From positions 1 through 55,366 of the forward strand of contig FLMG01000940.1 in assembly GCA_900088475.1 (NCBI GenBank): a DNA stretch of 55,366 nucleotides. Direction: 5' to 3'. The position numbers were made by a program, and so were the translations under genes. The notes beneath the pieces were generated by a model, which worked only from the letters and a program-made list of their open reading frames with translations, searched no databases and had not been told where the DNA came from. Position 1 is the first letter of the stretch. Every line of letters begins with the position of its first letter. This stretch comes from Hyphochytrium catenoides. Lineage: Eukaryota; Protista; Hyphochytriomycota. Shown here in pieces: positions 1 through 21,936 of the stretch.

Positions 1-99
1 GAGGCAGAATAGAAGACACGCGTTAGGGTTACTGACTATGAGGAAAGCTCAATGGCAAGGCTTCGGAGAGACTGAGACAGACGGACGCACAGCACACAC

Positions 100-2336
100 C
101 CTATTTGCTGAAGTATCAAGGAGATAGGGACAATCGAGGCTCTGTCTCGCGGAAGAGGAGCGAGCCTACCAGAGGAGGAACGAATCAATCTCTCTCCCTC
201 TCACGCGCGTGCTCTCTCTCTCTTTCTCTGTCGTTCTCTCTCTCTCCTAACGATCATTTTCTCTCTCTCTCTCTGACACGAACGCGGAATAAAGAGAGAG
301 AAACCAAGAGGCAGAACAGAGCGGATCTCGCACCGGAGTCGCTGCTCCTCGGTCCATGGCCAAGGTTTGAGGCGTTTGGCTGCATTGCCTTCACCACAGC
401 AGCCATCCACATGGCCCGCTCTTCCTCACTTTTTGCCATCCAAAGACGGCGATAGATTTTTCCGTCGCTCTCGTTCACGACAATTTCAAACACGTGCTTG
501 CCTTGGAACCTGTGGCAATGAAAGAACAAAGACGAGAAAGAGGTCAGAGAGGACGGTATATCGTGAAAGAGAGAGACACGGGAAACAAGACACCTCGTCG
601 AAGTTGAGGTTATGGTTAGGCAGATAGTCAAAGAAGTAGAGGAACGAACGCGGATGCAAAGGAAGGAAGAATATGCTCGAAAGAGTTCAGGAAGGAGACA
701 GCCTATGATCAAGCAAGGTGCTTGACTGAGAGGAAGAACAGCATGATATAGAGAGGGACACGGTGAGAGATGAATATAGAGAGATTTTAGAGAAGAGACA
801 GCTCCGGCAGCATGTGAGAGACGCAGAGAGAAAGCTGGAGAGCTCGGATTGAGAGGCAGGTCATGCCTGATAGGGGAGAAAGATAGAGAAGAGAGACAGG
901 AAGAGACAGGAAGAGACAGAGTGAGACAGACGAAGACACAAAGGAAGAATCGGAGAAAGGGACGCGAGACGGTCAACAGAGAAACAGAAGATAATGGATG
1001 GAGATCGACCGAGAGAGACAGCATATCTCACCTCTGGCTGTTGACTGCCCTAACGCTACACTGTCTGGGGTCGAGGATGATGAGCTTCTTCTTGGATCCC
1101 CTGGTGAGCGGGCCAGAAACGTCCTCGTAGTAAGTCATCTTCCCGTGAGTCAGCACCACGAACTTCTGGTTGAAGAGAGGAATGGGAGAGTCTTTTGATG
1201 TCTTCATGTACCCTTAGAGGACAGGAATACGGCGTGAGAGAGATCCAAAGAAGGAGAGACATAATTGCAGGTGAAGGAGTTTGAGAGAAAAGAGAAAGAG
1301 AGAGTGGAGAGAAAGAAAAGAGAGAAGGACAGCAAGAATAGACAGAAAGAGTTGTACCGGTGAGGATAATGAAAAGACAACTGGGGGGAGAAGCGAGAGA
1401 GAGAGAGAGAGACAGAGAGAGAGAGACAGAGAGAGANNNNNNNNNNNNNNNNNNNNNNNNNNNNNNNNNNNNNNNNNNNNNNNNNAGAGAGAGAGAGAAA
1501 AGAGGAGAGGGAAAAGAGGGGAGAGAGAGAGAGAGAGTCGTACCGGTGAGGATAGTGTCAGGAGCGAGTCCCGCACGTGTCGCGATAGCCTGTGGAGTCG
1601 TCTTCGCTTTCTCTTCCAACAACTCCAAAGCTGCCCTGAAGAAAATCATCTGGTCCTGCTTGAGAGGATCGCCCTTCTTTACCATCGAAGAAGGAGGAGA
1701 GGAAGGCGTACTCTCTCTCGTCTCGCCATTCCCTCCTGGTGGAGAGGAGACAGAGTCCGTAGCTGTTGCCTGTGAACCTAGGCTGCTCTCAGATAGCATA
1801 GATGAAGAGCGTTGAGGGGGAAAAGAGGGAGAAGAAGAGAGACTATCTTCCTCTCTTCTCGCTCGTTGGCTTTGCTTCCTCATCTTCCTCTTGGAGTGCC
1901 ATCCTGGCCCGAAGAGGAGAGACTGTCTAGAAGCTTGAGAATAGCGGAGAATCCTCTCATGCCTGTCTATCTCCTCATAGAGAAGCTGATTCAAGCGAGA
2001 GAAACTGCTGAAGAGATCCTCTTCTTGAGGGTTCCGTAAGGAAGAAGTGTCTTGAGTGCTCTCTCTTCTCTCCCCTGTCAGTCTCCCTTCCCCTCTTTCT
2101 CTCTCGTTGTTCCCATTCAGAAGCTTCTCAAGAGCGCTCTTTCCCTCGTCTGACGCTGCTTGGCGGAAGGAGAGAGACTCTGCGTCAAGATAGCTGGCCA
2201 GAGAAGGGTCTGTCAGCAGCACATCGGCTATTATCTTCTCTATCTCAGTTCCTGCGCCACCGCTACCACCAGCTGCAGGCGCTTCTTTCTCTGTGGACTC
2301 GAAGACATGATGATGATGGGATGTCCTGACCTCCAT
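100..2336 (-). CDS. PH-domain protein, spliced, 3'-incomplete (continues off the window start)
   Basis: Exons 2336-1544, 1212-1032, 509-334 and probably 165-100 join in phase through GT-AG introns. They give ...TILTGYMKTSKDSPIPLFNQKFVVLTHGKMTYYED...RFQGKHVFEIVVNESDGKIYRRLWMAKSEEERAMWMAAVVKAM, a typical PH fold with the C-terminal helix Trp. The N-terminus is long and Ser-rich. The start codon is assumed. Confidence 0.75.
1437..1485. other. Assembly gap (N run) inside a GA microsatellite of an intron
   Basis: Run of N. Further gaps are at 20234-20242, 47195-47264 and 51881-51926; the last hides an exon end of the RhoGEF. Confidence 0.99.
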
Positions 2337-2849
2337 CCCGTCAGTTCTCTCTCACTTTCCCTGTCCTTCTGTCCCCTGCTCAAGGAAGCTTAGCTAGTGG
2401 CGGGTTGCCTGTCTATAAAAGAATGAGAGCTTGTCAACGAGAGAAGAAGATCGAAGCGCTGGTGTGCGTATCCCTCTCCTTGCCAGTGGCTGTGAGCTCT
2501 CCTACAGCTGCTCTGCAGTAGAAAGGTCCAGGGACAGGGGTTTGCCACGCAATCCCGAGGTTAGAGCTCTGTAGGCATAAGAGAAGCGAGGAGAATGGAT
2601 GTATGGAGGAGCGGCTGGTTGTAAGGTTACAAGCGCCAGACCTTGAGGAGCGACAAGATAGAGAAAGAGAGAAGACAGGTTGAGACGGGAGAGAGTGCAA
2701 GGGACTAACAGCGATAGAAGAGTTAGTGACGGGTGGACGAAGAGGTTAACACATAGAGAGAGGAACAAAGAGAGGGAAAGGCAGTGAAAGGAGGGACAGT
2801 GAGAGACTGCCAGATTGATAGAAGAGATAGGAGAAGAGGATGAGGGTTA

Positions 2850-3015
2850 GAGAGTGTGAGAGTTAGAAAGAGTTAGAGAGAGTGAGAGCGAGAGAAGGAA
2901 GACAGCGAGAGAAGCAAAAGAGCGAGAGAGGGAGAGAGAGCGAGAGAGGGAGAGAGAGCGAGAGAGGGAGAGAGAGCGAGAGAGGGAGAGAGAGAGAGAG
3001 CGAGAGCGAGTGAGG

Positions 3016-3077
<62 letters not shown>

Positions 3078-3115
3078 CAAAGAGAGAAGAGAGAGAAGAG
3101 AGAGGTGCACAGAGA
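2850..3115. repeat. (GA)n-rich tract including about 4 copies of an 18-nt unit gcgagagagggagagaga
   Basis: Directly visible. It lies between the divergent PH gene and CYB5D1. Confidence 0.9.
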
Positions 3116-3490
3116 GAGGACACTTCCTTTCCTTTCGGATAGAGAGACAAACATGTCCTTTCCTTTTCAGGGTGGTTACTAGACCGCTTCCTAGTAACTA
3201 AATAGTGATCTACATTATCAATAATCCCAGATCTAGCCCTTTGGTTGATTCAGTAACTGATTGCTTTAATGAGGTCGTTACAGAGCTTGAATGTCAGCCT
3301 TTCCCTTGGCTAAACCCAAGAATGCGTGCCCAAGGTCAGGCTACTCCTCCTCGCCCAGCCGCCAGTCCGGCGCCGCCGCACGCAGTTTGAAGCTCAAGAG
3401 CAGTGACAAGAGAAGCCGGACGTGTCAGCTGAAGATTCTTTAGGTCAGCTACCCGTGCCAGAGATCGTAGACGTAGAGCTGGACAGAAGT

Positions 3491-5631
3491 ATGGAGACGC
3501 TCGCGAGACGACGGCGGTATTATACGCCGCAAGAAGTTTCCTATCATAACTGCGCAGAGGTAAGAAAGTAAAGCTCAGAGACCTCACTTGACTGCAGACA
3601 GTCCTCAAGTCTATACATTTATTGCTGCTTAGAGCTTCGCCACCTTCTTCTCTCGGTTCTATTCTTAGTGGCTGTTAATTCTTCACTTCCTTCGCTGCAG
3701 GATTGCTGGGTTTCAATATTCTACAAGGTCTATGACCTAACAAGCTTGATTGCTCGGCATAAAGGTAGGCCTGCAGCTTGATGTTTAACGCCTTAGATAG
3801 GAGAAGTAAATCTTATCAATGAGGAGACCGAGAGCAAGACACAGAAAGAGAGAAAAGATGGGGGGAGACAGAAAGAGAGCAGCGATAGGCAGACGGACGG
3901 AAACAGCGCTACGACTTTCGTGTGATCTATCGGGAACAAAAGTGCAAAGCGCTGGGGCTAGGCTGACAGAACTAATATCTCTTTCTTGGCTCCCTCTCTC
4001 CTAGATGACTCAGCCGTGATTCCCATTATCAAAGCTGCTGGAACAGATATCTCCCACTGGTTCAACGAGAAGACAGGAGAGGTACGCGCAGATACACTGC
4101 GATGCGGCGCACTCTTGCCCTTAGACATTGTTCACCGTTCTGCTCCTACTGCTTGTCAGCATTCCTCTCTTTGCCTTCTTCTAGTTCCGCTCTTTCCTTC
4201 CTGTTTTACCTCGCCGCACAACTAAGGCAGTCCCACCGTGCTCTCCACTTGACGCTCCCCAATGCTGCCTTACTTCCGCTCTATCCATTGAGAGCTAGAG
4301 CGTATCTTCTGCTTGGGTTGCTCTTTCCACTGAGCTCAATTCTCTCCCTCCCGTTTATACGGTTTGCTCAGGTGGTGACAAGGTTCGATGCCAAGACCGG
4401 CCTTGAACTGCCATATCTCCCTCACGGGCATTTTCTGCATGTTCCACCTCCTGAGCCCGTCACAGACTGGGCCACGGACTTCAAGGAGCCGTGGTGGCGA
4501 GTAAGTGATTCCTTCTCACTCTGCATTCGCTGACTCCCTCCTTTGGCTCTCTGTCCCTCTCTCTTCTTGGCTCTCTGTCCCTTGTCCGTTGATAAACTGG
4601 CCTTCTCTCTCTTTCTGTCCCCTCTCTCGTACTTTCTCCAGTTAAAGCCCGCTCTCCAGCGGCCGCTATCTCTCCTCCTGGCTCGCTCCCCTCACCTTCA
4701 TTGCCGCTCCACTCTCTAGCTGCCTTCTCCCCTTCCTGGATCATCACCCCTCACTCTCCTTCGCGATGCCCCATAATTTGCGTAGGACTCAAAGTACGTG
4801 ATTGGGAAGCTCACTAGGAAGACTCGAGAGATTGAGATCACCAACACTCTCACCCAGCAAGTAGACCGACTCACGGTATGGAGACTTACTCTCTAATCAC
4901 TCTCACACAGAACATTTGGCATCAGACTTCCAATCCTTGCCTCTGCGCTCCTCCATCTCGTTCCAGTTCTTCACTTCGTATCGTTGAGACCTATCAAGGT
5001 CGCAGTAAGATTTCTCTGCTCTGGCCAGATAGATTATATCCTTCTGTTTCTTCTTGCTATACAGCTGCCCTTCATCGATATGCTGCGCTTTTTGCCTCAT
5101 ACTGCAGGTCTGTTCAGAGGAGACTTTTGAGGAGATTCGAGACAGATACCTGGATTGTAATGCACACGCCGAGAGCTACACGTGGAAGGTAAGAGAGAAA
5201 TAGGAAGAAAGTAGGCAGTGCCTCTGGAATAGGAAACAGAAAGAGAGAAGAAAAGAGAGAGAGAGCGGGAACGAGGAAGAAATTGAGCGGGTGAGGGTTG
5301 AAGGATAGCATGTCGAGCTCTGGGAGAGACGGCCATGGACGAGTTTGCGAGCGAGAGAGAGAAAGCGAGCGCGCGCGGGTAAGGAAGTGAAAGAGAGCAT
5401 TTGAAGCTTTGAGAGAAAAGGCCATGGACGGGGTCAGCGCTAAGATAGTTAACTGAATTTTTCCAGTATCTTTATGGGGATGAGTTTCTCCCTGTGAAGA
5501 TGAGAGAAACACTGGAAGGCAACGGAATCACCGACGAGGACAGCGTCTTCGAGAAACTTGGGATCACGGACGAGCAATGTACCCTTCCTGTCATCCACAT
5601 TTATTTCAACGATGACCTGACGGTGGCTTGA
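3491..5631 (+). CDS. CYB5D1: Cytochrome b5 domain-containing protein 1 (cytochrome b5-like plus ubiquitin-like domain; cilia-associated family), 7 exons, about 224 aa
   Basis: Exons 3491-3559, 3701-3764, 4005-4081, 4372-4500, 4786-4875, 5108-5188 and 5467-5631 are all GT-AG and in phase. Motifs [59 protein letters not shown] and the C-terminal [10 protein letters not shown] match the CYB5D1 family. Confidence 0.93.
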
Positions 5632-6173
5632 GGGCCGTCACGACTGTGGAAGCAACCAATTGCAGCTATGCTTCTGGATCCCTTATCGCTGTGATGCGGA
5701 GAGAGAGAGAGGAGCAGTGTGACAGAGTCTCGCCTCTCGGTCGAGTACCTCCCAAGGTCTATTCCGGCTGCCCGGAGGGCGGAGATCTGCCGACATCAAG
5801 AGTAGGCGCCAGCGAAATAAAAATGCAGGAAGGGACTGGCCCATCATGCTACGTAGACTCTTTATGACGCAGAGAGGCAGCCCCTCATCTGAAGTAGAGA
5901 GACAAGTCGTCGTCAGCCTTATAAAGCTGACATGCTACATAATTATTAAGCCAGATTTGTTCGCCGACCTTTGCATCTCTCTCTGTCTCTTCTCTCTCTC
6001 TTTCCTTTTCTCTCTTTCTCTTCCTTTCCCGGCACCTTATCTCTCGCCCTCTCTGTATTCTTCTCTGGTTGTCTCTCTCCCTTCTACTCGTCGATCTGGC
6101 TGCTGGGATTACCCCTTCTTGCGATCCCATTGTCCGCGCTTACCTCTACTCTCTTGCATCTTAACTCGGTCTA

Positions 6174-9100
6174 TTATCTCTTGGAAAGCGCCTCCAACTC
6201 CTGGGACCTTTCTCTCATCAGCCTCCTCTTCCTCTGCTCGCTATGCTCTACATACTGAGACAGCTGAGAGCACAGCAACCGTTTGTGCTCCATCTGTCAA
6301 GGTATAGAGGCAAAAAGTTAGTGAGAGATAACCGAAAGCAGGAGGTTATTATAGGTGCCAGCCACTTCACGACGAGAAATTTAACTGATCAGGCTGAACC
6401 ACGACAGCGAAACATAGTTGGCAAGCCGTGAGGGACTGAGGTAAACGATACGGACCAACTCCTCCAGCTGCGTTCTCAAGGCTATGTAATGTTTATGCAT
6501 CGCCTCGCGCTGTTGGTAGGCTGGAACTAGAGCTCGGTCAGCCTGTTCGATCTTTGACTGTATCACAGCAAAGTTGTCGACCCTCGCTGATGCTCCATTT
6601 CTCCCAGATAAGGCAGGCCTGTTTAGAGATAGTAGTAGGGTAAGTTTGCGCACAGTTAGAAGATAACTCGTCAACCTGAGGAGAAAGGGCAGAAGAGGGT
6701 TCGAAGAGCATCAATCACACTAAGGGTTGCTCACCGACTGGTATGGGGGGATATTCTCTGGCCACTAAGACTAAGAGCTTTCTCTTGCAGCTTGGATGAT
6801 AAGGACGAGACGGAGAATGCCGTGAAATGGTTTCCATCTGCATTCACCCGGAAGAGAAGAACACTCTATGGGTAAGTCGTTCTCCTTCGGCTAATATAGC
6901 AGTGCAACGCATGGGTTACTCAGCCTCTAGCCAGAATGGCACAAACTCCCACAGCTTGATGGTTATAGCTTGACTTGCTACACGAGCCATACTGACCAAG
7001 CTTTGCTTCCGCTCTTACGCCATTTGGTTGATGATCATGGCCACTAAGCTGCTCCATCAGGTTCAGCAGCTCCCTTCCATGCCTCTGCTTCTTGTGCTTT
7101 AGCTCTTCAACTTGCGAAAGAGAGGACGCAAAGAGCTGCCAGGTTTGGAGTAAGCGATAGAGCCACTACGGCTACCTCAGAACTCTGCCACGAAACAAAG
7201 AGTAACAGGGAACATTACAAGGCCAAACCAACATGAAAAAGAGCCGCGGTGAAGCGATAGTCAGAACTGGCATCCTGGACCGCATTGCCAGCTATAAAGA
7301 GTTGTTTTGCGAAATCAGTGGTTTGGTAAGGAAGGAGTCGGCGTCCGGATGGCTGCAGAAGAAGAAGAAGAGGAAGGGAACGAACGCTCATTATCTTACC
7401 GTTGCAGCCTGAGCGACTCTTGGAGTCAGAGCTTCAATATCTTTTTCTAACCCTTCGATCCTGACTCTTAAGGTTTCACTGTCATCAAGAGCTTCATGCC
7501 ATAGCACCAACAAAAGGCTTCAATTAGGCCATGACCAAAGAGAAATCAACAGGAGTGAAGAAGACAGTACCATAAATTTACTACCAGTGGAAAGCCATAG
7601 CAAAACGAAGGAAGAAAATGAACAACTTCGTACGATAGTGTACCGCTGGTTATTAGATAAACTCCTTCCCCAAGGCCAATAGAGACTGTCTCACCTTCCA
7701 CTGTAAGCACTTCAATTTCCTTTCTGATGCCTTCCAAGTTCTCCCTCAAAGGGTTCTCTTCTATCTGCAAAGGAGGCGGAATACCTGTCGACACTCTGTC
7801 AGCCGTTCCTCAGTGGCACACCGAGGTAATCGGGAGGCATTGCAGAAGCAGTAAATATTTATATACCCGGCATCCCGTCTCCTCTGGAACCTTCAAGCCA
7901 GACCTTAAGTTTCTGTTGAGATAACAAATCTTGATTAGAACCCGTGTCAGACAAGAACAGTCTTGAGGAAGATGTTTGCGCCTACGTCAATAGTGTACTC
8001 CTCTTCCAACTCCTTAAGGGTCCGTCTTTTGATGATAAAGTGTCGCATCAGGGGGCCCAAAGGCGAGATGGTAAGTTTGCGGAGCTCTACTTCTGCCTCT
8101 CGGCGGAGATATAGGCCCAACTTGAACCGCAAGGGGTGGAAGGAGAGGATCAATTCTACTGTCCAACATACTGCCGTTGGCAGATGCTTAAAGAAGCGAT
8201 AACCCAGGAGAAATAGATAGGGACTATTGCAGATCAAATGAAGATCAGTCCACCACTCAACCGATACTCCTGGCCAAGGAGAAGACGTTGCAGGAGTGCA
8301 AGTTGTGCGTGAAAAAGACAGAAAGTAGTAAGGCAGTACGAGCTCTCTGACAATCCTCAAGAACAGCTAACATTAGGAAAACGTAGAGTAAAATTGCAGA
8401 GCTGTCCCGTTTACCTCCTCAATGCCAAGAGTTAATATCTTGGCTTTCATGATACTGAGAAGAGACAGAGACACGCTGAAGACTTCTGGCCATCCGCGAA
8501 GGAAGAATAGCTCCCATATACGGGCGACCAGTCCATGGGGCAGCACTTTAGAGAACAGAGTAAGGAACCACTAGCGGGCAAGAGCAAGATATAAGAATGC
8601 GAGCGGAGGGGTTCAAGGGCATGTTACGCCTTTTGTCAGCACTACGAAGGATGATGACGGCAATGCTAAGGCCAAGATGAAGCAGACGAAGGCAGATGTT
8701 AAAGGAGAGGCAGTAGATCGACCAATAGGAGATTGGTGAACCTAACAGAGAGCGGTCGAGATATCTTGAGGCCCAGACCTTACAGGCCAAAGCATGAGTT
8801 TGAGCAACGGTGAGTTTGATAAGTCAAAAGAGTTACCTGTGTAACAAGAAAGTCGATCTGCAGTCCTATAGTCTTCAGGTGATAATGAAGACTAGGCAAA
8901 TGAGTCGCCACCAGCCGATTGAACTGATAAAGGCGCAGCTGCACACTGTCCAGATGGAAAGTCGTAACCAGTTGAGATTCTCAGAGACAGTGTAATGGGC
9001 AACAGATAACGGAGAAGATGCTCCAGGGGCCACGCGATAGACACATAATGGCAACTGCAATCCTTTGGGAAGCCCCTTGACAGGTAAGACCGCCATCAAT

Positions 9101-11597
9101 TATCATGAAGAGTTTGTTACGCTACCTCGGCATACCCGGACTCCAGAGCTGTTTCAGGTCACAGGTTTGCACCATTGCCGCCAATATCCAGAAAGAGTAC
9201 ATCTCAACACTGGCAGGAGCAACCGAAGGAGAATGGGAGAGAGAGGTGGCGGTAGAAGAAGATGCCAGTGATCCCGAGAATTCCGACTCGGGAACGATGA
9301 CGTGGGAATCTTTCAGCATTAACAGTAGGGCTCCCAGAACATAATTCATGCCCTGGAACGTAGTGGACAGAAAAAGCAAAGCGATAAAGGCAGAGAGTCA
9401 CGTGAGAGTAACACGAAACCAAGTGATGGCGCTGCAGGGAGAGAGACCAGAAGACGGATTGGTGGTTTCGTACTTGGGACTCGTCTAATTAACGTTTATT
9501 GGATTCTAAGGGCGAAGGTCTCATCAATCAGACACATGGGGAAAAGAAAGAGGGCGCTGTACAGATAGTCAGAGGCAGACCTGGCAGTATCCCATATCAG
9601 GGTATAGTTCTGCTATGGCTCGAAGAATGTTAGCAAGCTGATTCTGGCCACTGCCTGAACCAGAACGGTGAGCCGAAGTAAAGCGCTTGGACTACTAGAT
9701 TAGCTAGGGAAAGGAGGACGACGAAACAAATGAAAGAAGATACTCCACAAAAAAGCTGCACAGGGAGCAAGAAAGACGACAAAGAAGGAGGTAGGAAGAA
9801 AAGGAGGTTTGGACGGAGAAGGGGAGGAAGATGGACACGAACCTCCTTCATAAAAGTAAGGGCAGTCTTGGAAAGTCCTATCGATATCCCTTAATATCTC
9901 TCCTGTGGGATCGGACGTACAACTTTAGAGCAGAGAGATAAGAGAGAGAGAGAGAGAGAAGAATTAGGAGAGAGTGAGAGTGACGACAAGAAGAGGTGCA
10001 CGACTTAGCATACTTAAGAGCAATACGAGGGAGGAAACAAAGGGGTTGAGAAGTAGTGCCACCTTCTCTTCCCTCGCTATTTAAGGATCCTCTTCCACAT
10101 CTTCCCATTGCCAACCCAGACAGCTGCGTAGATTGTCAGATGGTTCTTCAAGCGAGGAGAGGCATCACGAAAGAGCGAAGTATAGAGAAGAAGAGCCATT
10201 TAATGTTTTTATGGCGCACGGGAGAAGTAACTGCAGCGCTAGAGACTAAGAGACAAGGATAAAGAGGCTTTTGTAGACGGAGAGGGTACGGGGGGTTCGT
10301 GCCTTCCTTTGGCGACATCACTAGTCGTAAAGGGAGCTAATGCAGGCCAGCTGAAGTGTAAGAGATGCTCACCTCTAAGTACAGCTTCTTGGGATCCATG
10401 TCCCAGGGGGGCCCACACTTCTCCTGAACGAACTTCTGCATCCCTAGGATAGAGCTCCAAAACCTAAAGGCCGGTACACATCAGACATAGAGCGAGACTG
10501 TGAGGAGGAACTGGACGTAGAGCTACGAACGGCCTTCAGCCGTAGCAGGACCAAGGGCAATGTCAGCGATCCGGTCAAGAGTTACGAAAGTGATTAGAGA
10601 AATGAGCAAGGGCAACTAGCAGCTGAGAAGGACCGCAGGCTAACCTCCATCGCATGACAGGGGTCAAGCCTTTCCCCTCGAGAAGTACAACTCGAAGGAT
10701 CTTCTTTCGACTGAGGGCTGGTGGATGAAGAAAGAAGAGCAGAATGAGGGCGAGGAATACATATGTAGAGAGAGAGAGAGGAGAGAGACAGAAAGGAAGA
10801 GGGAAATGCGTAGTAGCCTTGTGACTAGACAGTCAATGAAGGCAAGCACGTATCTCCTTCATCAAAAAGAGAGGGCATAGAGAGAGCGCGAGATGGGGAA
10901 TAGACAGAGCAGACTCATGTTCGTGAATATATAGACTGCTGAAGGAGATGAGACGACGAAAGAGAGAAGGAGACAAAGGCATCAGAGCCGTCTCAAGGGT
11001 GGGGTCTTTCTAAGCGGAGGGGGACAGGGAAAAAAAGCAAGGAAGGAGAGAAAAGAGAGAAGCAAGCGAGCGAGAAGAGAGACAGAGAGAGAAAAATAAG
11101 AGAGACCAGAGTGAGAATCGTGTTTAGTCACCTTTGTTCAACACCCTGTCGCACCGCTTTAGGCGGAATGCGTCAGATAACTATCGCCATGCGGAAGGGA
11201 GAGAATTTGTTAGAAAAGGATGCCAAAGTAGAAAAGAAGCGGACCGCAAGCCCCTTAAAGCGTAGAGCGAGAGAAGCAATAGAGACACAACTCTAATAGC
11301 CACAGAAGAGAGAGAGAGAGACAGAGAGAGAGCATATGAGGATGATCTAACGTGAGATGACGAGACAGGATAAGGGAAACCTCTGAGCAGGTCATGCAAG
11401 CACAAGTAGTTGGAGTGTGAAGATGGGCCAGATGCCCTGGACAAAGTAAGTCGAATCTAAACCGCTGCTTAGCAAAGGCCAACCCAATCCTTCTCTACCT
11501 CGAGGTACGGCAAGATAAGCTGCAAAACATCCTCAAGACAGAAAGTCCGGGCCGCGGCTAGGGAAGGAGGACAACGGCTCCTCCTTCTTCTCTCCAT
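6174..11597 (-). CDS. TBC-domain Rab GTPase-activating protein with N-terminal F-box-like motif and C-terminal coiled coil, about 17-18 exons
   Basis: Spliced motifs are GLTPVMRWR|FWSSILG (TBC motif A), EILRDIDRTF (Arg finger), MGYCQ|GMNYV (Gln finger) and WFLTLFSKVLP..ARIWELFFLRGW. Downstream heptad-rich exons end ...RSQELEALSKR* with TAA at 6176-6174. The start and one junction near 7770-7985 are uncertain. Confidence 0.88.
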
Positions 11598-11770
11598 CCT
11601 TTCACTTCTTCTTCCTCTAGCTCTGACATGCCCGTTATTGCCACTGAAGGGATAACATCGCCTCTTACTATGGTAGAGGCAGTAGATGTGAAGGCGCACG
11701 TCTCGTTCCGTCACCTTCTGGCAGTGCAACGGACATATTTGCTAGATACTGGTGTTCTCTCTCTCTCTCT

Positions 11771-11846
11771 CTCGTTCTCTCCTGTCAACGATGAATCTCT
11801 CTCTCTCTCTCGTTCTCTCCTGTCAACGATGAATCTCTCCCTCTCT
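11771..11846. repeat. 38-nt tandem duplication upstream of the TBC gene
   Basis: ctcgttctctcctgtcaacgatgaatctct... starts at both 11771 and 11809. Confidence 0.9.
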
Positions 11847-12018
11847 CTCTTCTGGCTTCTGAAGGAGGGCGACCTAGAGGATCGGCATCCTTTCGAGGAG
11901 ACTACCAGAGCCGCTAACGGACTCCTCTGTCTCAATAAAGCTCATGCTTGACTCAAGAGGAAGCCTCGCTCGGTCAGCGGCTCTTTCCCATCAGCTGAGG
12001 CGCCTGCAGAGCTTTCGA

Positions 12019-12052
<34 letters not shown>

Positions 12053-12502
12053 AGCTAAGACTCTAACATGTGACCGACGCCAAAGGACACACTTTATTTA
12101 GTCCTGCTTAGGATTTCAAAGCAGGGCTAGCAGGCCACGGAGGAGATTGGCTTTGAAAGTAAGAGAAGTACCCCAGAAAGGACCAGCAGCTGCCAAACCA
12201 AGGAGGTCGTTTGGTCCCGGGTCAGGTCTGTCTGTTGGTTAGAAAGAAGAGAACAAGACAGCCCACAGCCGTAGGAAGAAGGCAGCTTCACAGAGAAAGA
12301 GGGTAGAAAGTAAAACCCATTGCCGATGAACGCGGCTTTCGTTTGTGGACGCCTCGTGCCTGGGCCTTGAGAGGGTGTCGCTAGACCAGCTCCCTGCCGC
12401 TCCAACACAGCCCTGGGCTTTCCCAGAAGCACCACCGTGGAGCCAGAATGGCTGGCCTTGGGAAAGGAGGAGGATCAGAGGCCATCTGAGAAGACTCGCT
12501 AG

Positions 12503-20929
<8,427 letters not shown>

Positions 20930-21936
20930 TGGACGTAGTGCCCGGTTTGGGTTTACAAGAGCTCGAGGAGCAAGGTCAAGGTCTCTTCTTGACCAGCAAT
21001 CTCACCTCCAGACGGGTAACGAACCTAGTCCGGTACTACGGTCCAAGTTGCTAGAGAAGTAAAAGATAAACACAACCACCTGCCATCTTTTTATCGACCA
21101 CGAATTGAGGCTGGGAAGATAAGCACATAGACACCGTGGAAACCTCTCCTGTACCTATGCAGAGTGTACTTCGGAGCTCAAGCAGCAGGAGTTGAGGAGT
21201 GCGCAGCAGTTGTCACTTTCCGACAAGCTCAAGAAGAGTTGCGGCGAGAGGAGCACCTTTAAGTGTTCTGACTCTTCATCTGCACAAGACTGATTATCTG
21301 TATTGAAGGCGCTTTAGTGCTGCCCAGTCGTCCTGAAGCCCATGTAGCAAAGGTTGCTTCACAGAGGAGATGGAAGGTGGACCACAAACAAAAGGAAGAC
21401 GATGATGATCGCGCGGCACGAAGATCCACTGTAAGTAGCGGACACCGCGAGGATAAGAAAAGACAAGTTTTGAAGCTTTGATGCAGCTTTCACTTTTTTG
21501 GGCCAAAGCCTCCCAATGGCTCCCTGCATAAGACCGTAATCTACAAACGATAAAGAATACATTTTTGGCAGCTCTCACGTTCGTCCAATTAATGGCAGGT
21601 TCAACGGGACCACCGCTTACCCACCTGACAAAAGACCTTTTATTTGACAGAGAATAGTTCAAAACTCACTATATAAAGTAAGATAAGATTGTGATTTTAC
21701 CTCCCAAGTTAAGTTGTGGCATTATTCCTGATCCCTTCGTTCAGACTCAATATTTCTTTCATCTTATCCATCATATCCAGCTACAGGGGTTCATTTGGAG
21801 GCGGCATTCTTTGAGAACCTTTTGTCAACAGGAGGTGTGTGTGTTTTGGGCCCCACAAAGCAAAAGCGGGAGACAGAGGCCCCAAAAGGGAGCTTTCTCT
21901 ATAGGAACATGGATGGAGAGAGAAATAGAAAGCAAA

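Noticed and set aside
254-3201. Many ORFs rich in LSLS or RERE (also at 12524-13006, 41621-42172, 45241-45980, 46656-47187, 49793-51087 and 53751-54429)
   Set aside because: These are translations of GA/CT microsatellites, which lack stop codons. They lie in introns or spacers.
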